From contig JANLOX010000373.1 of the NCBI GenBank assembly GCA_031366795.1, forward strand, positions 1 to 25,581: a stretch of 25,581 nucleotides of DNA. The letters are read 5' to 3'. The notes under the pieces are model-generated. The model was not told the origin of the DNA and did not search any database. It worked only from the letters and a program-made list of their open reading frames with translations. Made by a program: the position numbers and the translations under genes. Source of the DNA: Candidatus Eiseniibacteriota bacterium (GTDB lineage Bacteria; Eisenbacteria; RBG-16-71-46). The first letter of the stretch is position 1. Each line of letters opens with the position of its first letter. This document shows, in pieces, positions 1 through 11,479 of this stretch.

Positions 1-140
1 GAGCCCGTCCGCGCGGGCAGGGTGAACGCGGGTGCCGTGATGGGTTCCTTGGTGCGGGCTGCCGGGCGGGCGGAAGCCATGGGAGCCATGGGAGCCATGA
101 CGAGCAGCAGCAAAACGGCGAGCAGGTGTCGGGGAGCCAA
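1..140 (-). CDS. 5' part of an exported TlpA/ResA-like thioredoxin (thiol-disulfide oxidoreductase); runs off the window
   Basis: Not in the ORF track. TTG at 140-138 with AGGAGG at 156-151. Translation MAPRHLLAVLLLLVMAPMAPMASARPAARTKEPITAPAFTLPARTG shows a signal peptide plus APxFTLP..G, the usual start of the redoxin fold. The CxxC is outside the window. Confidence 0.6.
   Translation of the reverse strand, partial: MAPRHLLAVLLLLVMAPMAPMASARPAARTKEPITAPAFTLPARTG
75..99. repeat. 9-bp tandem repeat (AGCCATGGG x2.8) encoding MAP-MAP-MA in the signal peptide
   Basis: Direct reading: agccatggg agccatggg agccatg. Confidence 0.85.
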
Positions 141-314
141 AGCGGTCGAACCTCCTGGTTCCAGTTGATGAAACCGGAATTGGGGCAACGTGGCACTGCC
201 AACACAACAGTCGTCTTATGGCAGGACTCCGAGGGGTTCTAGTTTGGATACCCCATGGTACGCGCGGAGTTCTGGGGATTGGGGCTTGCAAGGACAAGGG
301 CAGGCAAATCCGGA

Positions 315-499
315 CTAGTCGCGTAGCCCCGCGCGCCGAAGCACCCACATCATCGGGCACCACTTTGTGAAGCCCGACTGGAGCAGGTTGAAGCCGACGA
401 ACGCCGTGAAGGCGAAGAACCACGGATTCACCCATATGCCGAGTGCGACGGAAACGAGAATGAACGACCCGGCGATCGCACGAAGACCTTGGTCCACAG

Positions 500-503
<4 letters not shown>
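315..503 (-). CDS. DUF2892 / YgaP-like small inner-membrane protein
   Basis: 62 aa with two TM segments and the motif [30 protein letters not shown] overlap with the natural stop of the RND permease. Confidence 0.9.
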
Positions 504-3699
<3,196 letters not shown>

Positions 3700-3703
<4 letters not shown>

Positions 3704-4773
3704 GATCCGATCCTCACCGCCGCACCCTCACGCAACGCTCCGGGCGCCACGACCACGGAATCGCCCGGATCCAGTCCGCCGAGGACTTCCGATTGTTCGC
3801 CGAAGCTGCGACCGAGCCGCAGCCAGCGAAGCTGTGCATGACCGTCGCGCGCGATGAACACACCGGTGAGCGCGCCACGGTGAACGAGGCTCGTGTTCGC
3901 CACACCGGTCCCCGCGTGAGCAGCCGCATGGGCAGCACCGAGAACGCGAACGCGAGTGTATGTACCGGCGGCGAATCCCGCAGGGTCAGGGAGCGCGAGG
4001 CGCGCCGTGCGCGTGCGCGAGGCAAAGTCGACCATGCCGTCGAGCAGCTTGATCGTCGCCGTGCGCCAGGTTCCGGCCGTGGTCTCGACCTCGAGGCTGC
4101 CGCGTTGAAAGCTCGCCACCACACCTTCGGGGACCGCGACGATGACCTCGAGCGGACCGCTCGAGCGCAGGTCCACGACGGGGCTGCCGAGGTCGAGGTC
4201 CGCGCCGATGTCCGCGTGGCGGCGAACCACCACGCCATCGAATGGAGCGCGCAGGGTGACTGCCGTCTCGATCTGCTCGAGGTTGGCCCGCGCGCGTGCC
4301 AGTCGTGCCTCGGCATTGCGGCTGGCGCTCTCGGCGGTCTCGCGATCGCTCGACGCCACGACGCGCGCCACGAAGAGCGATTCGAGGCGCCCGCTCTGTC
4401 GCGCCGCCACCGTGGCGGACAACTCGGCAGCGTCGAGCTCGCTGTGCGCCGCCGCGAGCGCATTGCGCATCTCGGGTGCATCAAAACGCGCGACCGCCTC
4501 ACCGCGGCGAACCCGCGCGCCTTCGCGAGCGGGCAACGACGTCAGGCGGCCCGCGGTGCGGGCGGTCAGGGTGGCCTCCTCGGCTGCCTTCACTCGCGCG
4601 GGTAGCACGAGTCCTGAAGCGAGGGCCGACGCTCCGAATGGCTGAACCTGTACGACGGCTTGGGGGCTTTCCGCTGTCGCAGCGGGGGCAATTTCATGAC
4701 GGGAGCACCCTGCCGCGGTGCCCGAAGCGATCAGCAGCGCCGTGACGGTGGTGATTCGCAGGTCTGTTAGCAT
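3700..4773 (-). CDS. RND efflux periplasmic adaptor (membrane fusion protein), probable lipoprotein
   Basis: Lipoyl-like halves (LTARTAGRL...EGARVRRGE; LRAPFDGVV), alpha-hairpin, C-terminal GLDPGDSVV. Likely start ATG 4773 giving MLTDLRITTVTALLIASGTAAGC (lipobox-like). GTGA overlap with the permease. Confidence 0.9.
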
Positions 4774-4784
4774 GGCGCGGTTAC

Positions 4785-4802
4785 GGCTGCGGGAACGCAG
4801 CC
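4785..4802. promoter_or_regulatory. Perfect inverted repeat GGCTGCG-GGAA-CGCAGCC in the divergent intergenic region
   Basis: 7-bp arms with a 4-nt spacer, between the adaptor ATG (4773) and the ECF ATG (4834). Function inferred. Confidence 0.4.
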
Positions 4803-4833
4803 ATCGGGGTCCACGAGAGGTCGGCATGCCCGT

Positions 4834-5766
4834 ATGAGCCCCAAGCCACCCAAAGGATTCGCGGCGCACCCCAAATCGCGCGCAGCCCAGCTGTTGGCCG
4901 CCTCGAGCAGCCCCTCCGCGCCGTCTGCCAGCGCATCGCAGCGCGAGTCGGAGTCCCGGTTGATCGCCGCGGCGCGCAAGGGCAACCGCCGAGCGGCCGC
5001 ACAGATTCTCGAGTCGCTGAGCCCAACGATCTACCGCTTCGGAATGGGGTTCTGTCGTGACCCCGATCAGGCCGAGGACCTGACGCAGGACGTCCTGCAG
5101 ACGTTGCTGGCGTGGTTACCCCGGTTTCGTGGCGAGTCCTCGCTCTCGACCTGGGCGTTCACGGTGGCCCGCAGGGTTTGCGTGCGGCGCCAGCGCCGCA
5201 TGGCGCGCATGATCTCGCTCGAGGGAAGGGCAGATCTTTATTCACGCGCGGATGCGAGCGCCGGACCCGCAGAGCGGCTGGAGCGGCGCGAGCTCGCCAA
5301 GGCGATCGAATCCGCGGTCGCGGCCCTGCCGAAACAGCAGCGCGAAGTCGTGGTGCTGCGTGATGTCGAAGGTTTGCCCGCGTCCGAGGTCGCGATCGTG
5401 CTGGGGATCGGGGAGCGCGCCGTGAAGTCGCGGCTGCACCGCGCCCGGCTCGCGCTGCGCGTGATGCTTGCGCCGCATGCGGCGCCTTTAGGAATGCGCT
5501 CCGTCCCGGGTAAGCGCGAGACCGCCAATCGCTGCCCGGACACCGCGTTGCTGCTCAGCCGTTACCTTGAAGGCGAGCTCGATGGTCAGGTTTGCGATCG
5601 GCTGGCGATGCACGTCGCCGAGTGTGCTGCCTGCAGCGAAGCGTGCGAGTCGTTACGGGTCGTGCTGGGTGCCTGTCGCAGGTGGGGGACGTCCCCGATT
5701 CCTGCGGCCGAACGGAAACGCCTCCAGCTTGCGGTCCGTGAAGCCGTGCGGGCGATGGTAGCCTGA
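4834..5766 (+). CDS. ECF (sigma-70 group 4) sigma factor with fused C-terminal zf-HC2/ZAS-like domain
   Basis: Region 2: AEDLTQDV...FRGESSLSTW. Region 4: LPKQQREVVVLRDVEGL...AVKSRLHRAR. C-terminal CPD...LSRYLEGEL...C...HVAECAAC...C...C. The start could be somewhat downstream. Confidence 0.92.
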   Translation: MSPKPPKGFAAHPKSRAAQLLAASSSPSAPSASASQRESESRLIAAARKGNRRAAAQILESLSPTIYRFGMGFCRDPDQAEDLTQDVLQTLLAWLPRFRGESSLSTWAFTVARRVCVRRQRRMARMISLEGRADLYSRADASAGPAERLERRELAKAIESAVAALPKQQREVVVLRDVEGLPASEVAIVLGIGERAVKSRLHRARLALRVMLAPHAAPLGMRSVPGKRETANRCPDTALLLSRYLEGELDGQVCDRLAMHVAECAACSEACESLRVVLGACRRWGTSPIPAAERKRLQLAVREAVRAMVA

Positions 5767-6413
5767 TGCCCCTGAGTCTGCTGGCCACATCCGGTGGCCA
5801 CCTCGTGTTGCCGGATCGCGCCGCGCTGCTCGTCAGCGCGTCCGATGGCGGCAACCTCGTAGTGTTGCCGCCCCGGCCAGTGTGGGAGCGAAGCGAACTC
5901 TCGCCTGATGAGCTGGCCCGCTGGGGCTGGCTCGTGGCGGCCTGCGGGCGCGCCATGTTGGAGGTTCTGCCGCAACTTGAGGGCGGTTGCCTAAACTATT
6001 GGGAAGCGGGTAATTGGGCGCTCAACGATGCCGTGGCTCCGGGGGGGCGCAAGTGGGCGCGTGACCACCGCAGCATGCATCTGCACCTGCTGGGGCGCGC
6101 GCCCAATTCGACCGATCCCGCATGGCGTTGGGGCGAGTCGCCACGCTTCCCCAACTACGCCGAGCGTCACGTATGGGCTGCAACACACGAACGGTTCACG
6201 CCAGCGGAATGCCGCGCAATCGTCGTCGCGGCGGAAACGCTGCTGCGTGCGCGGTACGCGTTCGCCGACGCGGACATCGCGGCGCGCGGTATCTGTGCGC
6301 GCTGCGGGTATCCGTTCGCGATCGCGAACGCGGCAGCGACCGGCACGCCGGCCAGGACGGAAACGGAGGCTGAGCCAACGCGTTGCCCGGAATGCAGGGA
6401 ATCGGCCGGTTGA
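5766..6413 (+). CDS. HIT-like (histidine triad fold) protein with C-terminal CxxC...CxxC zinc ribbon
   Basis: TGATG overlap with the ECF stop. GNLVVLPPRPV...ELSPDE...NYWEAGNW...MHLHLLGR resembles HIT hydrolases. CARC and CPEC near the C-terminus. Confidence 0.6.
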   Translation: MPLSLLATSGGHLVLPDRAALLVSASDGGNLVVLPPRPVWERSELSPDELARWGWLVAACGRAMLEVLPQLEGGCLNYWEAGNWALNDAVAPGGRKWARDHRSMHLHLLGRAPNSTDPAWRWGESPRFPNYAERHVWAATHERFTPAECRAIVVAAETLLRARYAFADADIAARGICARCGYPFAIANAAATGTPARTETEAEPTRCPECRESAG

Positions 6414-6458
6414 AGCAGCGAGCACTCGAACGCCCTTGCCGCCGCGTTCACTTTTGAC

Positions 6459-9400
6459 TCAGCGGATGATCACGACCCGGCGTGTGAACGAGGCGCGATC
6501 GACGGTCAGTTTCGCAAGGTAAACACCGAGCGGCGCGGTGCCGCCGCGCGAATCGGTACCGGGCCAGCGAACCGTCCCGCGGCCGGGCGGGAAGTCGCGC
6601 GGGGCCTGGCTCCACACGCTCCTGCCGCCGATGTCGTAGACCACAATGCCCACGCGCGCGGGGCGCGGTAGCTCGAGGCCGAACGAGGCCGCATGCCGGA
6701 CAGGGTTGGGATACGCCTGCGACAGCTGCAATGCGCCGGGGAGACCCAAGCGATCGGGGTCGGTTCCGGCGCTCATTGGGGATGGCGAGTCCGCCGGGAC
6801 CAGGATGATGGGCGAGATCGAATCCGCGAACGCGCCGCCACCAAAGCGCGCCACGCGTGTGGCGGTGGCGCCACTGAAGATGATGCCGATGCGGCCCCCA
6901 TTGGCGTAGGGCGCCCAGGCACACAGCGAGCCTTCCGCGACCGGCCGCCCATTGCGGAGCACGACCACGCGGCCATCGGCCCAGGCGCGAGCGCCGAAGC
7001 GGTCTCCGGGAACGAACTCGATGTTGCGCCAGGGTCCGCCTCGTCGCGTCCATCCCGCACCGGGCGAATAGGTGTTGAGCACGACCTGTCGCAGCGGCGC
7101 CGACCAACTCACCTGCACGGCGCCCGCGGTCCAAGTCGGTCCCTGCACTTTCAGGAGCAGATCGTGCTCCGGCGCGGTGGCCGAGAGCGAGTCGAAGTCC
7201 ATCCACGCTTCCTGGTTGGGAGCGAACGGGGGACTGTTCCATATCAGGTAACCGGCCGTTCCCATGAAGCCGAGCCCCTGCTTGCGGACGGCGAACACAT
7301 CCTGCGAGCCCAGCCACGCCGGGCCGGGAGGGCCGTTCGCGCGATTGAAGCGGTCGAGCACGCCGGCGCCCACGAGCACGCTGGCGCTCGCAGTGTCGGC
7401 ACGACCGCCCGAGTCGGTGACGATCAGGCGCACGGGCACCCTGCCTATGGCATCCGCGGGCACCGGGCACACCGCCGTTGCTCCGAGGCGCGTAAGGGCA
7501 GATCCTGGGAAGCCCACGCGCCACCGATAACGCAGCGAAGCGGGGGCGTCCTCGGCGTCGCTGCCGCTGCCGCGCAGCACAAGGGCATCGCCCGCAGCGA
7601 TGATGTCGCCCGCGCTGGGGAATGTGATCATGGCGTGTGGCGGGCTTGTCGCGGTGTCGACGACATCCCCGCCGCCGAAGTCCACTAAACGTGATTCGCC
7701 GGCGCCCCTGAGCAGCAGCCCGATGTGACCGCCCAGGCCCGCGAACTCCCAGTTGGCGATGGAGCCCGATCCGATCGCCACGCCGTTTCGGTAGGCTGTG
7801 AGCTTGGTGGACGAGACGCGCGCGCCCAACTGGTCGCCCGCTTCGAAGTCGACATTGTGGAACGGTCCCGCCCTGCGCACCCAGCCCGCGTTAGGCGCAT
7901 AGGTGTAGAGCGCGACAAAGTGGCCCGTCCCGGAATACGCCACCTGCACGGCGCCTGTGTTCCAGTTGGTGCGTTGTACCTTGAGCAGCAGGCTGTGCTC
8001 CGTGGCATTCGCCGTGACGGAGTCGAAGCGGAAGTAGGCCTCCTGTTCGGGGCCGTAGGTCGTGCCATTCCAGACCGCATACGCGGCGGGGACGGTCTGG
8101 GTCAGGGCGAGTTGGCTTACGGCCAGGCCGGTCAGGCCGCAGCACCAGGGTTCGGTCAGCGCCACGGTGGAGTCCACGCCGCGCTCGAACGTATCCAGCA
8201 CGGGTGTCACCGGGAAGGGCAGCGGCAACCAGTCGCGTTCGAGCATGTTGTCGGTCTCATCCGTCTCGAACGTCTCGCCGAGCACGTCCGCCTCGACGCG
8301 CACCACATGCGGTGCCTCGGAGACCGGCGGCAGGGTGCGCTCGATACGCACGCTGTCGCGTTTCCCCACCAGCGTGTCGCCTTCCGCGACCACCGCGCCG
8401 TCCAATCGCAGTCGCCAGCGTGAACGCGGCGCGGGCATTGAGCCGTCGTTCGCCAGCGTGAACGCGATCGTCGTAGGACCCGAACCTGTTGGACGTTTGG
8501 GAAAAAGCGTCAAGCCCGTGGGTGCAAGGTTGAGCCCAGGATGGATCACCACCTGGGCCGTATCGGAAGCATTGCGCGGATCGGTGACGATGAGCCGCAC
8601 CAGCAACGAAATGCCGGTGCCGTCGTCGTGGTTCTCGGCGATGAACGAATCCACCGCGGCCTCGGACGTCATCACGTCCGGGTGGAAGTGGTTGTTGTGC
8701 TGAACCGAGATGCTCCAGTGATAGCGCAGGTTGGCATCGCCGTCATCCGCATCGTGACCGGCGCCGCGCAGGAACACGGGCCGTCCCTCGGTGTAGAACG
8801 AGGCGGCAGCGGGCGCCAGGATGCTCGCCACAGGCGGAATGTTATCGTGAACCGACAGGTTTCCGCCGCCGAAGGCCGCGAGCCGTGAGCCCGAGGCCCC
8901 CTTGAGCATCAGGCCGATCCGCCCGCCCTGGCGCGAGAATTGCCAGTTGTCCACGAGGCAATCGCCCAGCTTGCCTGAATTGCGGTACACCTCAACCAGC
9001 CCGTTCGACAGCGCGCGCGCGCTGAAGACGTCGCCGGAATTGAAGCGGATGTTGCGCCACGGGCCCGCGATGTGGGTCCAGCCCGTTCCCGGCGTGTAGG
9101 TGTTCACCACGATGAGCGAGCCTGTCGCGTCGAAGACGACCTGAATCGCGCCGCTCGTCCAGCTCGAGCCCTGGACCTTGAGCAGCAGGTCATGCTCCGG
9201 GGCCGAGGTCGAGATGGAGTCGAGCCGCACGTGCGCTTCCTGGTTGGCGCCGAAGGGGTCGTTCCACAGGCAGTAGTTGCTGGATCCGGTCTGCACCAGC
9301 GCGTGCGACTGGATGGCGAGCCCGTTGAGGTTGCCGAGCCACGGGCTGCCCAGCGGGCGATCCTCGCTGGTGAAGGCGTTGAGATCCGGCGTGGCGGCGA

Positions 9401-11081
9401 CGCGGTTGTCCCGCAACACGACGATGTTGACCGTGTCGCGCGCCAGCGCGCCGTCTTCGCGTGTGACGGTCAGGATGGCGGTGTATTCACCCGGTGTCGG
9501 GTAAATATGCGCCGGCTGCACAGCCGTGCTGCCGGTGGTGCCGTCACCGAAATTCCATGTGTATTCGATGCCGCTCCCGCCCGTGTCATAAGAACCCAGA
9601 CTCGAGAACAGGATCGTTGCGGGTGCGGCGTGCGAAGTCGGCGTTGCGCTCGCACGCGCGACCAGCGCGCTGCTGACGATGCCGCCGGTGTAACGAATGC
9701 GCCGTACCTCGCCCGTGTAGATCGAGACGTAGAGGATTTCGCTCGAGACCGGATCGATCGCCCAATCGACGGGGCCCTGCAACCCCGTGGCGAAGCTCTG
9801 CATCGAGAGGATGCGTTGCGTGTCGTCCAGCGTGGCGACGCGCAACCAGCCGCCGCCAAAGTCACCGAAGAACAGGCGCCCGCGGTAGGCGGGCGGGTAG
9901 CGCGTGCCGGTGTAGAACACGCCGCCCGAAGTGCAGTTGCCGCGGATGCCGAACGGCCGGCTGCGGGTCGAGTCGGTGTGGTTCCACACGAATCGCGGGT
10001 CGGTCGGCGCCGCCGGGAGACTTGCGTTGTTCGAGTTCCACCCGCCGTGCTGCCCGGGGATCACATCGGCGAGCAATGCGTAGGGATCGTCGCCTTCGCG
10101 CAGCGGCCAGCCGAAGTTCATTCCGGGAGTCGAGACGACGTCGAGTTCTTCCCATGTCCTGGCGCCGACATCGCCGACGTAGGCGATCCCGGGATTGCCC
10201 GCGGTCGTGTCCGCGCTGCCGGTGCCGGGGCGAATGCAGAAGCGGAAGGGGTTGCGGAAGCCATAAGCCCACACCTTCGACTGGGGCGCGTCAAGATCGC
10301 TCGTCGCGTAGGGGTTGCTGGCGTAGCCGCGGCCGGTTTCGGGATTGATGCGCAATAGTTTTCCGGCGAGGCTGCCGAGGAACTGCGAGCGCAGCGCGCC
10401 GATGTCCTCGAGCGTGTCGCTCTTGCCGGGCTCGAAGCATGACGGGTCGTGGCCGCCGACGTCCGCGAACTCGAAGTGGCCACCGTCCCCATGCGAGACG
10501 AGCAAGCTGCCATCGCTGCCGAAGGCGAGCGCGCCCACGGCATGCGACAAGGAGCCCGAAGGGATGCCCGTCCGCCAGGTGGCGCCGATGAGCACCGCGC
10601 GAGAGCTGGGATCGGCGACGTTCGAGTCGGCGACGCCGGCCGTGTAGCGCGTCAGCCGCGAGAAGCAGGTGGGGTTGTCGTCCACGCCATTGGAATCCGG
10701 GTCGACCGCGTAGCAGAAATACACGCGATGGTTGACGGAGTAGTGGGGATCGACCGCGAGCCCCACCAGCCCGCGATCACCGTTGGCGAGCACTTCGCGC
10801 TCAGCGCTCCAGAACGGTTTGGGGCGCAGCGCACCGCCGTCGACGACCCACACCACGCCACGCTTCTCGGCGACCAACAATCGGCCATCGGGGAGGAAGG
10901 CGATCGCCGTCGGCGTGTTGAAGTGCACACCGGGAAATGCGTTCTCGATCACGAACCCCGAATTGACCGTTGTCGTGGTCCCGGCCGCGGCGGCGGGTGT
11001 GACATTCCACGAGGCATGGCTCGACGCGAACAGTAACCCTGCGAAGACGAGTCTCCGAGCCAATACAGGTAGTCGAACCAT
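6459..11081 (-). CDS. Large secreted PQQ-dependent sugar dehydrogenase (GSDH) family protein with PKD, CARDB, three repeated beta modules and a FlgD-Ig/Por-type C-terminal tail
   Basis: GSDH motifs PTAIAFLPDGRLLVAE, GDRGLVGLAVDP, HAVGALAFGSDG, YGFRNPFR, NFGWP. PKD YTWNFGDG...HIYPTPGEY. CARDB-like ETDETDN. Tail AYPNP...VYDIGGR...GVYLAKL. Signal peptide fits ATG 11081 (AGGAAGG upstream) better than 11198. Confidence 0.88.
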   Translation of the reverse strand: MVRLPVLARRLVFAGLLFASSHASWNVTPAAAAGTTTTVNSGFVIENAFPGVHFNTPTAIAFLPDGRLLVAEKRGVVWVVDGGALRPKPFWSAEREVLANGDRGLVGLAVDPHYSVNHRVYFCYAVDPDSNGVDDNPTCFSRLTRYTAGVADSNVADPSSRAVLIGATWRTGIPSGSLSHAVGALAFGSDGSLLVSHGDGGHFEFADVGGHDPSCFEPGKSDTLEDIGALRSQFLGSLAGKLLRINPETGRGYASNPYATSDLDAPQSKVWAYGFRNPFRFCIRPGTGSADTTAGNPGIAYVGDVGARTWEELDVVSTPGMNFGWPLREGDDPYALLADVIPGQHGGWNSNNASLPAAPTDPRFVWNHTDSTRSRPFGIRGNCTSGGVFYTGTRYPPAYRGRLFFGDFGGGWLRVATLDDTQRILSMQSFATGLQGPVDWAIDPVSSEILYVSIYTGEVRRIRYTGGIVSSALVARASATPTSHAAPATILFSSLGSYDTGGSGIEYTWNFGDGTTGSTAVQPAHIYPTPGEYTAILTVTREDGALARDTVNIVVLRDNRVAATPDLNAFTSEDRPLGSPWLGNLNGLAIQSHALVQTGSSNYCLWNDPFGANQEAHVRLDSISTSAPEHDLLLKVQGSSWTSGAIQVVFDATGSLIVVNTYTPGTGWTHIAGPWRNIRFNSGDVFSARALSNGLVEVYRNSGKLGDCLVDNWQFSRQGGRIGLMLKGASGSRLAAFGGGNLSVHDNIPPVASILAPAAASFYTEGRPVFLRGAGHDADDGDANLRYHWSISVQHNNHFHPDVMTSEAAVDSFIAENHDDGTGISLLVRLIVTDPRNASDTAQVVIHPGLNLAPTGLTLFPKRPTGSGPTTIAFTLANDGSMPAPRSRWRLRLDGAVVAEGDTLVGKRDSVRIERTLPPVSEAPHVVRVEADVLGETFETDETDNMLERDWLPLPFPVTPVLDTFERGVDSTVALTEPWCCGLTGLAVSQLALTQTVPAAYAVWNGTTYGPEQEAYFRFDSVTANATEHSLLLKVQRTNWNTGAVQVAYSGTGHFVALYTYAPNAGWVRRAGPFHNVDFEAGDQLGARVSSTKLTAYRNGVAIGSGSIANWEFAGLGGHIGLLLRGAGESRLVDFGGGDVVDTATSPPHAMITFPSAGDIIAAGDALVLRGSGSDAEDAPASLRYRWRVGFPGSALTRLGATAVCPVPADAIGRVPVRLIVTDSGGRADTASASVLVGAGVLDRFNRANGPPGPAWLGSQDVFAVRKQGLGFMGTAGYLIWNSPPFAPNQEAWMDFDSLSATAPEHDLLLKVQGPTWTAGAVQVSWSAPLRQVVLNTYSPGAGWTRRGGPWRNIEFVPGDRFGARAWADGRVVVLRNGRPVAEGSLCAWAPYANGGRIGIIFSGATATRVARFGGGAFADSISPIILVPADSPSPMSAGTDPDRLGLPGALQLSQAYPNPVRHAASFGLELPRPARVGIVVYDIGGRSVWSQAPRDFPPGRGTVRWPGTDSRGGTAPLGVYLAKLTVDRASFTRRVVIIR
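6834..7361 (-). repeat. Intragenic ~175-aa module, copy 3 of 3
   Basis: VLDRF...WN...NQEAW...PEHDLLLKVQG..W..GAVQV...NTY.PG.GW...GGRIG...FGGG. Confidence 0.9.
7668..8201 (-). repeat. Intragenic ~175-aa module, copy 2 of 3
   Basis: VLDTF...WN...EQEAY...TEHSLLLKVQR..W..GAVQV...YTY.PN.GW...GGHIG...FGGG. Confidence 0.9.
8862..9386 (-). repeat. Intragenic ~175-aa module, copy 1 of 3
   Basis: DLNAF...WN...NQEAH...PEHDLLLKVQG..W..GAIQV...NTY.PG.GW...GGRIG...FGGG. Confidence 0.9.
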
Positions 11082-11181
11082 GGGAACGAGCGCAACCTTC
11101 CTGTGCGAGGTGAGGATCTGTCGAAGGGTGTCCAGCGGTTGGCCGCCCCCCTGCAACTTCGATCGCAGGCGTATCCACTCT

Positions 11182-11197
11182 GGCAATTGTGGCTCCA
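11182..11197 (-). promoter_or_regulatory. Possible sigma54 -24/-12 promoter for the large dehydrogenase gene
   Basis: Minus strand TGGAGC-CACAA-TTGCC has correct GG-N10-GC spacing and TTGC but deviates at -23/-22. It lies about 100 nt upstream of ATG 11081. Confidence 0.3.
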
Positions 11198-11479
11198 TGC
11201 CGCCGCCCTCGGATCCGCCGGCGCTGGGGGAAATCGCTCAATGGATGACGGTGACCCTGCGCAGGAATATGGCCTGGTCCACCGCGATCCGGGCGAGGTA
11301 CGCCCCGACCGGAACCGTCGTGCCGCGCGCATGGCTTCCCGGCCAGTGGATCCTGCCAATGTCGGCGGGCATTTCGCCCGATGGCCGGCTCCAGACTTCG
11401 CGGCGCAAAGGCTGCTCAGCCGGTGTCCCAGAACGTGGACAAGCTGTAGACTGCGCGCCGTTCCCTGGAGGTCCATACG

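Noticed and set aside
185..202. sigma54-like TGGCAG...TTGC on the minus strand upstream of the thioredoxin-like gene
   Set aside because: GG to GC spacing is 12 nt, not the required 10.
11082..11198. ORF-track N-terminal extensions (also 4774-4869, 14233-14298, 24801-24941)
   Set aside because: Downstream ATGs give proper signal peptides and usually an RBS; the extensions overlap neighbours or promoter regions.
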